A stretch of 64,000 bases of DNA from Sulfurirhabdus autotrophica (GTDB lineage: Bacteria; Pseudomonadota; Gammaproteobacteria; Burkholderiales; SMCO01): positions 120,940 through 184,939 of the forward strand of contig NZ_SMCO01000002.1 in NCBI RefSeq assembly GCF_004346685.1, in the 5' to 3' direction. Under the pieces are notes generated by a model. That model saw only the letters and a program-made list of their open reading frames with translations. It did no database searches and was not told where the DNA came from. The number at the start of each line of letters is the position of its first letter. Within the stretch, counting starts at the first letter, position 1. A program made the translations under genes and the position numbers. This document shows, in pieces, positions 18,030-29,616 of the stretch.

Positions 18030-18476
18030 ATGCAACCAGATACAACGATTATTTCCATTGCTCATGTCATCCAACTGGCTGTTGCACCGGTTTTCCTGCT
18101 TACAGGGATTGGGGCAATATTATCAGTGCTCGTTAATCGTTTTGCCCGGATTATCGACCGCACCCGCATGGTAGAAGGCAAAATAGAAAATCAGGACGCC
18201 ACAGCCAGGGCAAGATTCATGGTTGAACTGGATGTGCTCTCCCATCGCTCCCATCGCATCAATTGGGCAATCAGTTTATGTACCCTGTCGGCCCTATTGG
18301 TTTGCATTGTGATTGCGACATTATTTGTGGGGGCATTTGTGGTTGTGGATATGTCTGGAACCGTGGCACTGCTTTTTATTGCTGCGATGCTTGCACTGAT
18401 TGGAGGACTGATTAATCTTTTAAGAGAAATCTATCTGGTTACTGCATTTATGCGTAAAATAAAAATGTTGACCTGA
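18030..18476 (+). CDS. Small integral membrane protein (DUF2721-like).
   Basis: 148 aa with hydrophobic N- and C-terminal segments flanking a charged loop. Confidence 0.45.
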   Translation: MQPDTTIISIAHVIQLAVAPVFLLTGIGAILSVLVNRFARIIDRTRMVEGKIENQDATARARFMVELDVLSHRSHRINWAISLCTLSALLVCIVIATLFVGAFVVVDMSGTVALLFIAAMLALIGGLINLLREIYLVTAFMRKIKMLT

Positions 18477-18713
18477 GTCGCTCGTACACCCCACACAAAA
18501 CCAGTTCTAGCATTTAACACAGGTAAATTTGTTTAAATAAAATAAAGGGCAATCACATTGCTACACGCTCTTATTCCTGAACACACAGCGATTCATACAA
18601 AACAATTCAGGCGGAATAAAGACCATATATCTATTATGGTTTATACGTAAAAATTAGTTCATAATAATGCAAAATGCAATTCTAAAAATACACCTTACAC
18701 GCTGCTTCACTCT

Positions 18714-20408
18714 ATGACCGATAGCGAATTTTACCGTACCTTATTACGCGCTTATATCGACAGCGCAAACGATGGCATCTTCGTCTTATGTGACGAAATG
18801 AAATTTCATGTCGCCAATCCGCTACTTCAATCCTGGCTCGGGGTATCAGAAGATTTCCTTACCCAGCATAAATCTCGCCTGCCAATTATCGACTTCATTG
18901 GTAACAAAGAGAGCAGCGAGCAATTTATCCGCCATTTCGAGATAGCACTTACAGGTAAGCCTGTCAGCTTTGAATGCTACATTCATCCGACAGGCGCAGA
19001 TGCAAGATGGGTTGAAGTTAACCTTAACAAAGTCAATCTGGATGCGGGGGAGATGTTTATCGGCATAGCGCGCGACGTCACCCAAAAGAAAAAGTCCGAT
19101 GAACAAATCTGGCAGCATGCCAATTTTGATGCACTTACCGGATTGGCTAATCGCCGGCTATTCCAGGATCGCATGGAACAGGAAATTAAAAAGGCTCATC
19201 GTGCGAATCTCCAACTGGCATTGATTATCCTGGATCTGGATCGATTTAAAGAAGTAAACGACACCCTTGGCCATGAAATGGGTGATTTACTTCTCAAGGA
19301 AGTTGCGCAACGATTAGTGAGTTGCGTGCGCGAAGCTGATACTGTTGCTCGCCTGGGAGGAGATGAATTTGCTGTCATTCTAGGAGAACTGGAGGACATT
19401 GATTGCGTGGAACGCATTACCCAAACCATCCTGAAAAAACTATCAGAACCATTTGATATAGGTGAGCAGGTAATCTACATATCAACCAGTATTGGCATCA
19501 CACTCTACCCAGAAGATGCTAACAGCTTTGATGAGTTACTCAGGAATGCCGATCAGGCCATGTATGCCGCCAAGCATCAGGGCCGCAATCGTTGCAGTTT
19601 CTATGCTCCCTCCATGCAGGAAGCGGTGCAACACCGGATGCGCCTGGCCAATGATTTACGCATTACCCTGGGCGCACTGACTGAATCTTTCCGCTTGGCC
19701 TACCAGCCAATTGTTGAGCTATCGACCGGTATAATCCATAAAGCAGAAGCATTGATACGCTGGCAACATCCCACACGAGGCCTCATCAATCCTGCAGAAT
19801 TCATCCCCATTGCCGAAGAAACCCAGATGATACTTGAAATCGGAGATTGGGTATTCCATGATGCGGCGCTTCAAGTTGCCAAGTGGCGTTTATCTCACCA
19901 TTCTGCATTTCAGGTTAGCATCAACGTTTCTCCAGTGCAGATTCAAAACATGACCAGTTTTAATGAGTGGTTTGATTACTTGCAAAAACTCAATCTGCCC
20001 GGACAAAGCATTGTGATTGAAATTACCGAGGGGTTGTTGCTGGATGCCAATGAAGGTGTCACCAAACAGCTACAAACATTCCACAAAGCTGGGATAGACG
20101 TATCTCTAGACGATTTTGGCACTGGTTACTCGTCCCTCTCCTATCTTAAGAAATTCAACATCGACAATATTAAGATAGACCAATCTTTCGTAAGAAACCT
20201 GGCACCCGATTCAGACGATATGGTTTTATGCGAAGCCATGATCGCCATGGCTCACAAGCTTGGCATTAAAGTGATCGCTGAAGGTGTAGAAACAGCAGAA
20301 CAAAGAGATTTATTAGCAGCTGCAGGTTGTGATTACGGACAAGGCTATCTGTTTTCCAAACCTTTACCCGCTAAAGAATTCGAAGTATTTCTGAACAGAT
20401 ATAAATAG
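18714..20408 (+). CDS. PAS-GGDEF-EAL c-di-GMP turnover protein.
   Basis: RLGGDEFAVIL (GGDEF), EALIRW (EAL), and the DDFGTGYSSLSYL motif. Confidence 0.9.
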   Translation: MTDSEFYRTLLRAYIDSANDGIFVLCDEMKFHVANPLLQSWLGVSEDFLTQHKSRLPIIDFIGNKESSEQFIRHFEIALTGKPVSFECYIHPTGADARWVEVNLNKVNLDAGEMFIGIARDVTQKKKSDEQIWQHANFDALTGLANRRLFQDRMEQEIKKAHRANLQLALIILDLDRFKEVNDTLGHEMGDLLLKEVAQRLVSCVREADTVARLGGDEFAVILGELEDIDCVERITQTILKKLSEPFDIGEQVIYISTSIGITLYPEDANSFDELLRNADQAMYAAKHQGRNRCSFYAPSMQEAVQHRMRLANDLRITLGALTESFRLAYQPIVELSTGIIHKAEALIRWQHPTRGLINPAEFIPIAEETQMILEIGDWVFHDAALQVAKWRLSHHSAFQVSINVSPVQIQNMTSFNEWFDYLQKLNLPGQSIVIEITEGLLLDANEGVTKQLQTFHKAGIDVSLDDFGTGYSSLSYLKKFNIDNIKIDQSFVRNLAPDSDDMVLCEAMIAMAHKLGIKVIAEGVETAEQRDLLAAAGCDYGQGYLFSKPLPAKEFEVFLNRYK

Positions 20409-20432
20409 AGCCATTGCAATTTTTGACTTATA

Positions 20433-23400
20433 TTATTCAATTTTATTTTTAATAAAATCCATAAATTCACCCAGCGGTAAAGGTTTACTAAACAAAAAAC
20501 CCTGGAAAGCCTGACAACCACGCAACTCAAGAAATTGACACTGCGCTTCATTTTCAACGCCTTCGGCAATCACGTCCAGCCCTAGTGTTTCTGTCATGGC
20601 AATAATTGTCTGCACAATAGTGGCATCGTTAGGGTCGCTGACAATGTCCCGTACAAATGACTGATCAATTTTGATTTGACTCAACGGCAAGCGTTTCAAA
20701 TACTGCAGGGAAGAATAACCTGTTCCAAAATCATCCATGGAAAAACTCACCCCAAGCAATTCTATTTGGTGCATCTTGCTGATGGTTTCCTCAACATTTT
20801 TAAGCATGGCACTTTCAGTCAACTCCAGTTTCAAAAGGGTGGGATTTGCTCCTGTCTCCTGCAGCACGCGCTGTACCTGCCAGACAAAATCAGCCTCATG
20901 AAATTGTTTGGCACTGACATTTACCGCCAGTGTCAGGCTTTTGGCTATCGCATCGTTTTGCCAGTTTGACAGTTGCGCACAAGCTGTTTGAAGCACCCAA
21001 AGTCCAATCGGGATGATGAGGCCGGTTTCTTCGGAAAGGGGGATGAATTGTGCTGGTGAAACCAGACCATACTGAGGATGGTCCCAGCGCAACAATACTT
21101 CTGCTCCCAAGGGGCGACGCAGATTATCCACCTGAATCTGGTAATACAACCGAAATTGCTGCTTGTTTAATGCAAGCCGTAATTCATCTTCCAGTTCCGC
21201 ACGTGTATCGATAGCACGCTGCATGACTGAATCATAGAAACGAATTGCATTGCGACCGCTAATTTTGGCTTGATACATTGCTGTATCCGCATACCTGAGA
21301 AGATCATCGGGAATTTCCTGACGACCACTGAATAGCACAATACCAATGCTCGAAGTGGTATAGCACCTACGTTCATTGAGCATATAAGATTCGCTCAGCG
21401 TGGTGCGTATTTTTTCGGCGACCATTTCTGCTTGCGCTGCTGCTTCATCCACATCTGCACTGAGGGTTTCCAGTACCACGAGAAATTCATCGCCCCCCAG
21501 ACGTGCCACCGTATCACCTTCACGTACGCAAGATTGCACCCTTCTGGCTACATCGATAAGTAGCAGATCACCAATCGCGTGTCCCTTCGTATCGTTGAGG
21601 GTTTTAAAGTTATCCAGGTCGATAAACAGTACTGCCCCATACTGCCCATTGCGAGAACTTGCCGAAAGCGCCTGATTCAAGCGATCCATTAACAGCCGAC
21701 GGTTAGGCAATTGCGTCAGCACATCATAAAATGCCATCTGATGTATTTTGTCTTCGGCATGCTTGAGGTCGGTAACATCGTAAAACCACCCTAATATTGC
21801 CGGCACATTTTCATATTCCAGTTTAAAATAAGAAGCCAGCACCCACGTTTTTTTTGTTTCTGAAACTTTCAATTCCACCAGATTGTTAGTTACCGATTTC
21901 CCTTGCTCAAGTTGTTGTAGAGCATCTTCAAAATCCTGGGGATCCGCGTAATACTGTTTGGGGTCTGTTCCAATCACCTGATCACGTTCAAGCGAGATTA
22001 AATCGGCATATTGCTGGTTTGCAAACAATACGTTATGCCCACCAGAAGCAGCAATTCTTACTGCTATGGGACTGGTTTCAAGCATAAAGCGAAATCTGGC
22101 TCCATTTTTTTGGATTAATTCCTCTGCATGTTTGCGTTCTGTCATGTCATAAAGAATCACCAGACTGGACGTCCCTATCCATGACATACTAAAGCTAATG
22201 TCACGTACCGTGCCATCCTTACACATGACCCGGTATTCCATCGGATCAAACCCACCCCCCTTCTGCTGCATTTTTTCTACCGCCGCATGCCATTCCTGGG
22301 CAACCTGTTGCCGATAAATGGGGTCGGGATAGGCCCGTGGCCACCACGCTTCCAGCGTTGGAATATCTTCCAACGTATATCCAAAGGTATCAACAAATTT
22401 TCTGTTCAATAACGTAATTTTCAAATTTTCGTCATTCATGGCCATTGCCACTGGCGACGATTCGATAATCGCGCGAAAATTTTCCTCACTTGCACGCACC
22501 GCTGCTTCTGCAAGCTTACGTTCGGTAATATCGTTGGCCGATGGTACGAGGAACGCAATCTTGCCTGTCTTGTCACGCACAGGCTGCAAGGAAAAATCAA
22601 TAGAAACCAAATGGTTTCCGGTGCCGCGCACCTGAAAATCATAGCGCGAGACCTCACCCTGAGTTGCGAGTTTAATTGCGGTACGAAGTTTTTGTTGTGT
22701 TTCCTCCAAGCCAGAAAACCAGTAGGTCTGGTCTAAAGGTTTACCCATCACATCAGATAACGCCACCCCTCCCATATCCAATGCCGACTGATTGACCTTA
22801 ATCAGCGTTCCATCCAACTCCATCAGCCCTACGAACGTCGTTGGGCCAAAGCCATCAATCATATTACTCAGCCGCTCTTCACTCTTTCGCAGCTCGGCTT
22901 CAGCAATGTGTCGACCGATGGCGATGCTTGCGATATAAGTGGCGGTATCAATAAATTGCAAATGCTCCTGCCGTGGCAACCCTGGTTGACGATAATACAT
23001 TGCGAAGGTGCCGAGTACCCTCCGTTCCGTATCGAGTATTGGCGTTGACCAACAGGCACGCAACCCATGCGGGAGCGCCGCCTCTTTGTAAGCATCCCAA
23101 AGTGGATCAGTGGCAATATCTTCTACAAACACTGCTTCCTTAAGATAAGCTGCAGTACCACATGACCCTGCGTTCGGGCCTATCGGCTGCCCGTCTACTG
23201 CGGCCACAAATTCAGCTGGCAAACTGGGTGCTGCGCCATGCCGTACATGAACACCATCTTCATCCATCAGCAAAATAGAACCTAACATTCCAGGGGACTG
23301 AGCTTCAATAAGCTGCACTAACGAAGTCAGCGTTTCCGGCAATGCAACGCCCACGGCGATCATCTCTAGCACTTGTTTCTGTCCGTCAAGCAGCGTCTCT

Positions 23401-24230
23401 ACCTGCTTACGCTCAGTAATATCATGCACAATGCCGAGAATCTGGGTGACTTGCCCATATTCATCAAAAACAAAAGGCGTTTCACGACTTACCAGCCAAT
23501 GCCATGCCCCGCCTTTATCCCGAATACGATAATCTATCTCGCGTATGTCACCGCTGGAGGCTTCTTTCCATGCTTCATGGGATGCAATAATACGAGCCAA
23601 ATCTTCTGGATGAAAAATCTGGAGCACATTACTGCCCATGGCCTGTGTCTCTTCAACCGTATAGCCATAGGCAGTAAGCCAATGCTTGTTCAGATAAACA
23701 TTTCGCTGCTCCACCAGATCGTAGATGTAGACAGTGCCCGGCTGAGTATCCAGAATCCGCTCAAGCATAAATTTTTGATCTTGTAGTGCCAACTCAAGTT
23801 TTTTGCGCTGACTGATGTCACGAACACTGGCTATTATGGCAGGTTCGCCATTGTGAACAATTGGATGTGAGAAGATTTCTACCGGCAGTTCACTGCCGTT
23901 TTTGTGTCGGTGCCGCCATTCAAACTTATTCCCCGATTTCAAGGATTCGCTGAGGTGGACATGTACCTCCTTGACCAAATCTTTGGCAGCCAAATCAACT
24001 GCATTCATATTTCTGAAATCATCAAGGCTGTAGCCATAACGGTTTACTGCGGTAGTATTCGCATCCAGAATTTGCCCCTTGAGGCTAAGGATAAAAACAG
24101 CATCAGGGTTTGCATCGAATATCGCCCGATAATCTATGCCATGATAGTCAGAGGTTTTTACATCCATATCAGGTTTATTAAGTATCAGTTCGTTATCGAG
24201 AAACTGCACTGTCATACTGGATAGAAGCAT
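20433..24230 (-). CDS. Multi-PAS/GAF-GGDEF-EAL signalling protein, 1265 aa.
   Basis: Repeated PAS-like blocks (ITERK... repeats), RLGGDEFLVVL, EVLLRW, and DDFGTGYSSLQYL. Confidence 0.9.
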   Translation of the reverse strand: MLLSSMTVQFLDNELILNKPDMDVKTSDYHGIDYRAIFDANPDAVFILSLKGQILDANTTAVNRYGYSLDDFRNMNAVDLAAKDLVKEVHVHLSESLKSGNKFEWRHRHKNGSELPVEIFSHPIVHNGEPAIIASVRDISQRKKLELALQDQKFMLERILDTQPGTVYIYDLVEQRNVYLNKHWLTAYGYTVEETQAMGSNVLQIFHPEDLARIIASHEAWKEASSGDIREIDYRIRDKGGAWHWLVSRETPFVFDEYGQVTQILGIVHDITERKQVETLLDGQKQVLEMIAVGVALPETLTSLVQLIEAQSPGMLGSILLMDEDGVHVRHGAAPSLPAEFVAAVDGQPIGPNAGSCGTAAYLKEAVFVEDIATDPLWDAYKEAALPHGLRACWSTPILDTERRVLGTFAMYYRQPGLPRQEHLQFIDTATYIASIAIGRHIAEAELRKSEERLSNMIDGFGPTTFVGLMELDGTLIKVNQSALDMGGVALSDVMGKPLDQTYWFSGLEETQQKLRTAIKLATQGEVSRYDFQVRGTGNHLVSIDFSLQPVRDKTGKIAFLVPSANDITERKLAEAAVRASEENFRAIIESSPVAMAMNDENLKITLLNRKFVDTFGYTLEDIPTLEAWWPRAYPDPIYRQQVAQEWHAAVEKMQQKGGGFDPMEYRVMCKDGTVRDISFSMSWIGTSSLVILYDMTERKHAEELIQKNGARFRFMLETSPIAVRIAASGGHNVLFANQQYADLISLERDQVIGTDPKQYYADPQDFEDALQQLEQGKSVTNNLVELKVSETKKTWVLASYFKLEYENVPAILGWFYDVTDLKHAEDKIHQMAFYDVLTQLPNRRLLMDRLNQALSASSRNGQYGAVLFIDLDNFKTLNDTKGHAIGDLLLIDVARRVQSCVREGDTVARLGGDEFLVVLETLSADVDEAAAQAEMVAEKIRTTLSESYMLNERRCYTTSSIGIVLFSGRQEIPDDLLRYADTAMYQAKISGRNAIRFYDSVMQRAIDTRAELEDELRLALNKQQFRLYYQIQVDNLRRPLGAEVLLRWDHPQYGLVSPAQFIPLSEETGLIIPIGLWVLQTACAQLSNWQNDAIAKSLTLAVNVSAKQFHEADFVWQVQRVLQETGANPTLLKLELTESAMLKNVEETISKMHQIELLGVSFSMDDFGTGYSSLQYLKRLPLSQIKIDQSFVRDIVSDPNDATIVQTIIAMTETLGLDVIAEGVENEAQCQFLELRGCQAFQGFLFSKPLPLGEFMDFIKNKIE

Positions 24231-24399
24231 ATTAAGAAGAGATTATGCCTAATCGCTATTGTTGCTTTTTTAATACCTGCTGGCAATATTATAAAGCGTC
24301 AATCCTCTTCACATGAATGTCGGCTTACATACGGCAATCAGCAAACCAGTCAAAGCTGACCAGTTTCTGATCTTACAACACTTTGAAACCCTGCTGATT

Positions 24400-27300
24400 T
24401 TAAGAAGCCGCTCTCGTTGGACGCAAGGGATCAGCCCCAATGGTGCCACGGAGGCTTTGCAGATACGCACCTGTCTTCACTTTTTCAAGCCTGGCTTTGG
24501 CCCGCATCAATCGGTCATGAATCTCCAGCCTGATCACCATATCCTGGTGACTAGGGCGACTGACAAAAGCTTCAAGGTTATGAATATGGCGCTGCCACAA
24601 AGTTACATCCCTAGCCTGCTTTGTCTCCAGGCGCTCCAGATACCAATCCGAGGCCAGCAGTGCTTCACGAGTAAACATGGCGCGAATGGCTGGATCATGC
24701 ACGTCTTTCCCCTCGTAACTGCCGTTTGCCATGATGTGCAGCAGCGCTTTGATAGGCGGGCAGGCATCTTCTATGCTGCCATCTTCCAGATAAGATGCGC
24801 CCACTTTTTGCTGCGCTTCTACAATATTTTCCACTCCATCTACAAAAACAGCCAAATCCTGTGTTTCCGGGCGGAGAATGCTTTCACCGAATACCGACAT
24901 AGGCGCATCAAAAATCTTGCCTAAATATCCATGTACAAAACGTTCTGTGATGCGATAACCCAGACGACTTGCTTGAACTGATCGCCCCTCATACTGGATA
25001 TCTGCCACTTTTTCCATATAGCCGTTTTCAATCAGAAAGTGAGGATCGCGATCCTGAGCAGATAGGCGCGACCATATTTCAGGTACCAGTAAACTGACAT
25101 CATGATCCACACGGAATTTAGATCCAATATAGCCTGCCGCTGTGGAAAAACCCGAATAACCCGTAAGAATAAATGAAACCAGCGCGTTATTCAGATCGAC
25201 AGTCGGCCGGAGTGCATTAAATGGTCCTTTCGTTAGCGCGCCTTCACTCCCTGCGCCTGTGGTGGAGGGCGATTTCCCGGTCAAACTGCAAATAAAATCC
25301 ATGAACAGTTCGGGCAACTCCTGATAATGAATCGGGTTGTACACGGCTAATGGACGAATACCAGGTTCAGCCGGGTTATTACGTCGGCCGACCAGTACTG
25401 CGTTAACAGGTTCAATAACAGCAACTTCCAAAGGTAGTCGCCGACTCAGTCGCGCCCCCACTTCTGCCACATAGCGGCGAACCGGATGCGATAAATCAGG
25501 ACGCAATTGGAGATAACGTGGGTTTTTGCTTGGCTTTCCATCCACTATCCTCGGATGAGCTGATGACACCACATATTCGTCTGACTCTGAAGCTTCACGC
25601 AAGATTGTTCGCATAGGTTCTGTATATTGGCCAAAACCCACAACATCTTCCATTATTTCGGACAGAGCTTCGCCCTTCAGCGGCTCAAAGTTGGCAATAA
25701 AGTTATCACGCTGAGCTATATCCAGTTCAGTCTGGCGATCTAATCCGCGGTGCACTGCTTCGTCAGGCCGCTGGAACAAACGGTACTCGCAATTACTGAC
25801 CAATTTAACACTGGCATCCGCACTTTTTGGGGATACATTCGAAAGCACTTCAGCAGGTACGACAACCGATGCGGTAATGTCGTCTTCTTTCTGCACTTTT
25901 TCTGCCGCAATAAAATCCTGACGCATTTTGAAAACTCGCCATGCGCCATTTTCCTCAAAGCCCATCCGTAAATAAGAGCCCACCAACTTACGTTCACCCA
26001 GTTTGAGTTCATGACCAGGCTGGCCATTTACAAAATCAACAGACAAGCGTTGACGCCAGCTATCACCCCAGTCCGGGCTGTACATGCGCTTGATAATAAA
26101 AACCAGCGCCAGAATGCGATCTGGCACACTTTCCAGCCAGTTGTTAAAAGCGTCTGTATAGGAGGGGGAAGGGGTGAGTACTTTAATAACAGAACCCAAA
26201 CTCCGTTCCGAACTCAGTAATTTACGGCTCGCATCCCTGTCTTCACGTTCAAAACCTGGTTTAAAGCGGTCACCATAGTGACGTTGAAAAATCGCTTCCA
26301 CCTGATCCAGATCTTTATCCAGATCCGCGACAAACAGCGGTCCATATATAACCGCATCATTGAGTGATTTGGAAATCTCTGATTTACCACCTCCGGAAAC
26401 AGTGCAAGGCTTATGACAAAACACGCCTTCTGCATCCGTACCCACCAGACGCCAGGATGGTGCCCCCGGATGTTTCTGCATTTCTATTTTGTAGCCATTT
26501 GGCTGCATGTAAATTTTGCCGGGACGCAGTTTTATTGTTTGCTTAACGCCTGATTTCATCCACGAAATCGTTTGTCCGGCGAGATCCATGCGCAAATCCT
26601 GAGGCACATAAATCACATCCGGAAACTGTTTGTCTACCCCATAGCCCTCGGGCTGCAATGTCATCAACTCGCCATACTGCGCTACCATATCGTCAAAGTC
26701 ATAGCCAGGTGCACGGGTGTGACTATCCACCCCGAATTCCTCACCATGATTTCGCCGAGGGAAGGCCAAAGCGCCTCCCGCGTGTTCTTCTTCAGCCAGG
26801 CCAAATAAATTTGTGGCATAACTGATCTGTGTTTTGACTTCTTTTTTGCAATAGCCGTAATAATTATCTGCCAGCAGGGTCACAATCACGCCTCGCTCAT
26901 CTCTGGCTGTGATCTTGAACGCAGCGCCATCGTTATAACGTTCACTTTCGTCTTTCCAGCACATGCCATCTACCTGTTGGCGTGGCGTTGCTTTATCCCA
27001 TGCTGGCAAGCCCAGTTCTTTCTTGGTAAATCTCGTCAGATGGGGGGCCAGAATCACACACCCGCTGTGACCTGACCAATGGTCTGCATCCAGCCCGGCA
27101 TCATTGGAGGAAAGATAAGGATTACCCCCGTTTCCGAAAATGCTTTCTACAAAATCCAGATTGCTTACCAGGCTGCCTGGCGCAAAAAACCGAATTTCCA
27201 TATTTTTTTCTGATTCACTGCCTGGAATTTCCGGACAAATCACCGGACGCAGCAAGAGTGACACAAACATACTCGCTTCATGGGGTTGCCCGGATGTAAA

Positions 27301-27867
27301 CGGCAATTTCATATAACTCGGTGGTGGTGTTAAGGCCTTCCGCAATAAATTCGCAAACGTTAGCTTAGGAACGGCCTTCTTGTCGCCGGGGATAGGTAAC
27401 CCGCCTTCCGCAACATGGAAAGAACCCTTGGTAGTGCGACGGTCGCTTGCTGGATTATGCAACACCCCATTTCGAATACGGTAGCTACTGACATACTCAC
27501 TGCTGAACACATCTTTATCAATGGGTAGTGAAAGCTCTCTGGATACGCCGTGTCGATCGAGAATCAAAGTATCTTCAGGCAACCGGGGGATATCTCCACC
27601 TGCAACATCAGAGAGATAGCTATTCAGAAAATCCTGAATACGCTGATCCGGCGGACACAGATAGCCGCTCAACAAACGGGATTTTTCGCGATAACTTCTT
27701 AACAGATCTTGTGCAACGGCCATGAAATCGCCATCACTTCCCTGCAAGCAGGCGGGCTGGCCAGAGGATTCAAGTTTCAGATTAATGTAGAGCTGCAGGC
27801 GTTCGCGCGTTTCTTGTACATCTTCCGGGCTTCCATTGAGCCCAAGAAATTGATTCAAATCCTTCAT
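24400..27867 (-). CDS. Large cytoplasmic protein of unknown function, 1155 aa. Speculatively a PPi-dependent phosphoenolpyruvate carboxykinase, based on size class only.
   Basis: Single uninterrupted ORF with a good ribosome-binding site and no transmembrane segment or signal peptide. It contains a GGGKSE P-loop-like segment. The family assignment is not secure. Confidence 0.55.
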   Translation of the reverse strand: MKDLNQFLGLNGSPEDVQETRERLQLYINLKLESSGQPACLQGSDGDFMAVAQDLLRSYREKSRLLSGYLCPPDQRIQDFLNSYLSDVAGGDIPRLPEDTLILDRHGVSRELSLPIDKDVFSSEYVSSYRIRNGVLHNPASDRRTTKGSFHVAEGGLPIPGDKKAVPKLTFANLLRKALTPPPSYMKLPFTSGQPHEASMFVSLLLRPVICPEIPGSESEKNMEIRFFAPGSLVSNLDFVESIFGNGGNPYLSSNDAGLDADHWSGHSGCVILAPHLTRFTKKELGLPAWDKATPRQQVDGMCWKDESERYNDGAAFKITARDERGVIVTLLADNYYGYCKKEVKTQISYATNLFGLAEEEHAGGALAFPRRNHGEEFGVDSHTRAPGYDFDDMVAQYGELMTLQPEGYGVDKQFPDVIYVPQDLRMDLAGQTISWMKSGVKQTIKLRPGKIYMQPNGYKIEMQKHPGAPSWRLVGTDAEGVFCHKPCTVSGGGKSEISKSLNDAVIYGPLFVADLDKDLDQVEAIFQRHYGDRFKPGFEREDRDASRKLLSSERSLGSVIKVLTPSPSYTDAFNNWLESVPDRILALVFIIKRMYSPDWGDSWRQRLSVDFVNGQPGHELKLGERKLVGSYLRMGFEENGAWRVFKMRQDFIAAEKVQKEDDITASVVVPAEVLSNVSPKSADASVKLVSNCEYRLFQRPDEAVHRGLDRQTELDIAQRDNFIANFEPLKGEALSEIMEDVVGFGQYTEPMRTILREASESDEYVVSSAHPRIVDGKPSKNPRYLQLRPDLSHPVRRYVAEVGARLSRRLPLEVAVIEPVNAVLVGRRNNPAEPGIRPLAVYNPIHYQELPELFMDFICSLTGKSPSTTGAGSEGALTKGPFNALRPTVDLNNALVSFILTGYSGFSTAAGYIGSKFRVDHDVSLLVPEIWSRLSAQDRDPHFLIENGYMEKVADIQYEGRSVQASRLGYRITERFVHGYLGKIFDAPMSVFGESILRPETQDLAVFVDGVENIVEAQQKVGASYLEDGSIEDACPPIKALLHIMANGSYEGKDVHDPAIRAMFTREALLASDWYLERLETKQARDVTLWQRHIHNLEAFVSRPSHQDMVIRLEIHDRLMRAKARLEKVKTGAYLQSLRGTIGADPLRPTRAAS

Positions 27868-27998
27868 AACTTTCTCTACCCCAAACTTAATCCTTGAAAC
27901 CGATTTTACGGTTAATCCCGCATCCCGGGAAAAAGGTTATTCTAACCCGAAAAAACCACAATCATGGGTTTGAACGGAATTTATAAATAGCACCCGCC

Positions 27999-28646
27999 CT
28001 AAGCACCCTGCTTAAGTCGTTCAACCTCCTGAAACAACTCAGCAACCAGCACTTCCAATCGGTCCAGTCTCTCTCGATCAGATCCAGAAAATGCTTCCTC
28101 CTGGCGATTGGTGAAATCAACAACTTCTTGTACAACTTCCCCGCTAAAAAGATGTGCATAGCGCGATTCCCGTTTTCCTGGTTCACGGGGTAACTTAACC
28201 ACAAACGGCCCGTCATTGCGTTCCGTTAAATGGTTCAGGGTGTTTTCAACTTCCTGCATATCATTAAACTGACACAAACGATTAGTGTGGGTGCGCAATT
28301 CTCCAGGTGTTTGAGGACCACGAAGCAGTAAAACACAAATAATACCCAACTCCTGTGGGGTAAATTTCAGCGTACCAAACTCTGTATTGCAAAATCGATG
28401 CTGAAATTTGGCAACACGACTGCCAAAACCCGTCTGCGCATTCACCATATGTTTTTTAACCAGCTCATCCACTGTTTGCAAAACCGTTGCCTCATCCAGT
28501 TCCAGAACCGGATCGCGGCTGCTTTTCTGATTGCATGCATTGGTCAGCGCGTTAAGGGAGAGCGGATATTGCTCAGGCGTGGTTATTTCCTTTTCAATCA
28601 GCGCGCCAATAATGCGTGTTTCATATAAAGTCAGTTCAATGTTCAC
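27999..28646 (-). CDS. yceH: YceH/DUF480 (UPF0502) family protein.
   Basis: Strong similarity to E. coli YceH ([30 protein letters not shown]...[16 protein letters not shown]). Confidence 0.8.
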   Translation of the reverse strand: MNIELTLYETRIIGALIEKEITTPEQYPLSLNALTNACNQKSSRDPVLELDEATVLQTVDELVKKHMVNAQTGFGSRVAKFQHRFCNTEFGTLKFTPQELGIICVLLLRGPQTPGELRTHTNRLCQFNDMQEVENTLNHLTERNDGPFVVKLPREPGKRESRYAHLFSGEVVQEVVDFTNRQEEAFSGSDRERLDRLEVLVAELFQEVERLKQGA

Positions 28647-28686
28647 TATGCCATTCCTTCAATCTGTTTCAGAAACCATTAACTGA

Positions 28687-29394
28687 TTAATGCAAGGTAC
28701 GCGACTGGCCACAACATTGTTTGTACTTTTTACCACTTCCGCAAGGACAGGTATCATTGCGGCCCACTTTAGGGGTATCTCGCTTGACCGGGCTATGCTT
28801 GCGCTGAGCCAGCCAATAGTTGTAAATTTTAAATACGCTATCCGGCAGCACTGCCATACATTCCAGCACCAGTTTTTCGTATTCATCAGGTGGCATAAAC
28901 TCCTCTCCCCTGTTTTCTGCATCCTCCTTGAACGCACCAGATAAAAGCAAAATGGGAAATGTCAGTTTTTTTAACGGCTCGTTACCCGGCGTCATCCATT
29001 CCTGTTTAGAAAGTGACCAACCTAAAATATAACCATCACACCAGGATTGATAGCTGTCTCGTTCATCTCCCTGACTTTCAGCTTTCAGCATAAGGTTCAA
29101 ATGCTGTCCGTCATCCATGAACTGGGATACCACATGATTGTAAAACCCCATCAACAGCCCCATAAACTCATTAATCTGGGCTTCTGATTCAATAGTTGGC
29201 TTGGTTCCAAGCACTTCTGCTATCCAGCGACTGGCTGGAATAACATCTGGCGAACTGACAACAGCACATAGCAAGCCTTGTAATTTATCCAAAGGCATCG
29301 CTTTACCCTTGAAGACCGGGGATACCAGCCATGTTTCCAATTGTTTTATTTGTTCTTCTGTCATAGGGCCTGTTGCCTGCATGTGTGAATTCAT
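28687..29394 (-). CDS. YecA-family protein (UPF0149 domain plus C-terminal SEC-C metal-binding motif).
   Basis: C-terminal [24 protein letters not shown] motif with a UPF0149-like N-terminal region. Confidence 0.75.
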   Translation of the reverse strand: MNSHMQATGPMTEEQIKQLETWLVSPVFKGKAMPLDKLQGLLCAVVSSPDVIPASRWIAEVLGTKPTIESEAQINEFMGLLMGFYNHVVSQFMDDGQHLNLMLKAESQGDERDSYQSWCDGYILGWSLSKQEWMTPGNEPLKKLTFPILLLSGAFKEDAENRGEEFMPPDEYEKLVLECMAVLPDSVFKIYNYWLAQRKHSPVKRDTPKVGRNDTCPCGSGKKYKQCCGQSRTLH

Positions 29395-29616
29395 CGTACG
29401 GTATTGAAGAGCGAAAACACCATATTACCTCAGCCAGCCAGTTCCATAAATTCTCTTTACCCAAACAGGTGCATTGAGCTGGTTTTCACCAAGCCTTGTT
29501 TAGAAATTAAATCAGCAATCCGTTTATTCATTTTTAACCAGGCACACCATGTTATCCTTCACACATAAAAACTCATTACTTCAACCATTAAAACGTGCGA
29601 TAACGCTCTAGTTCAT

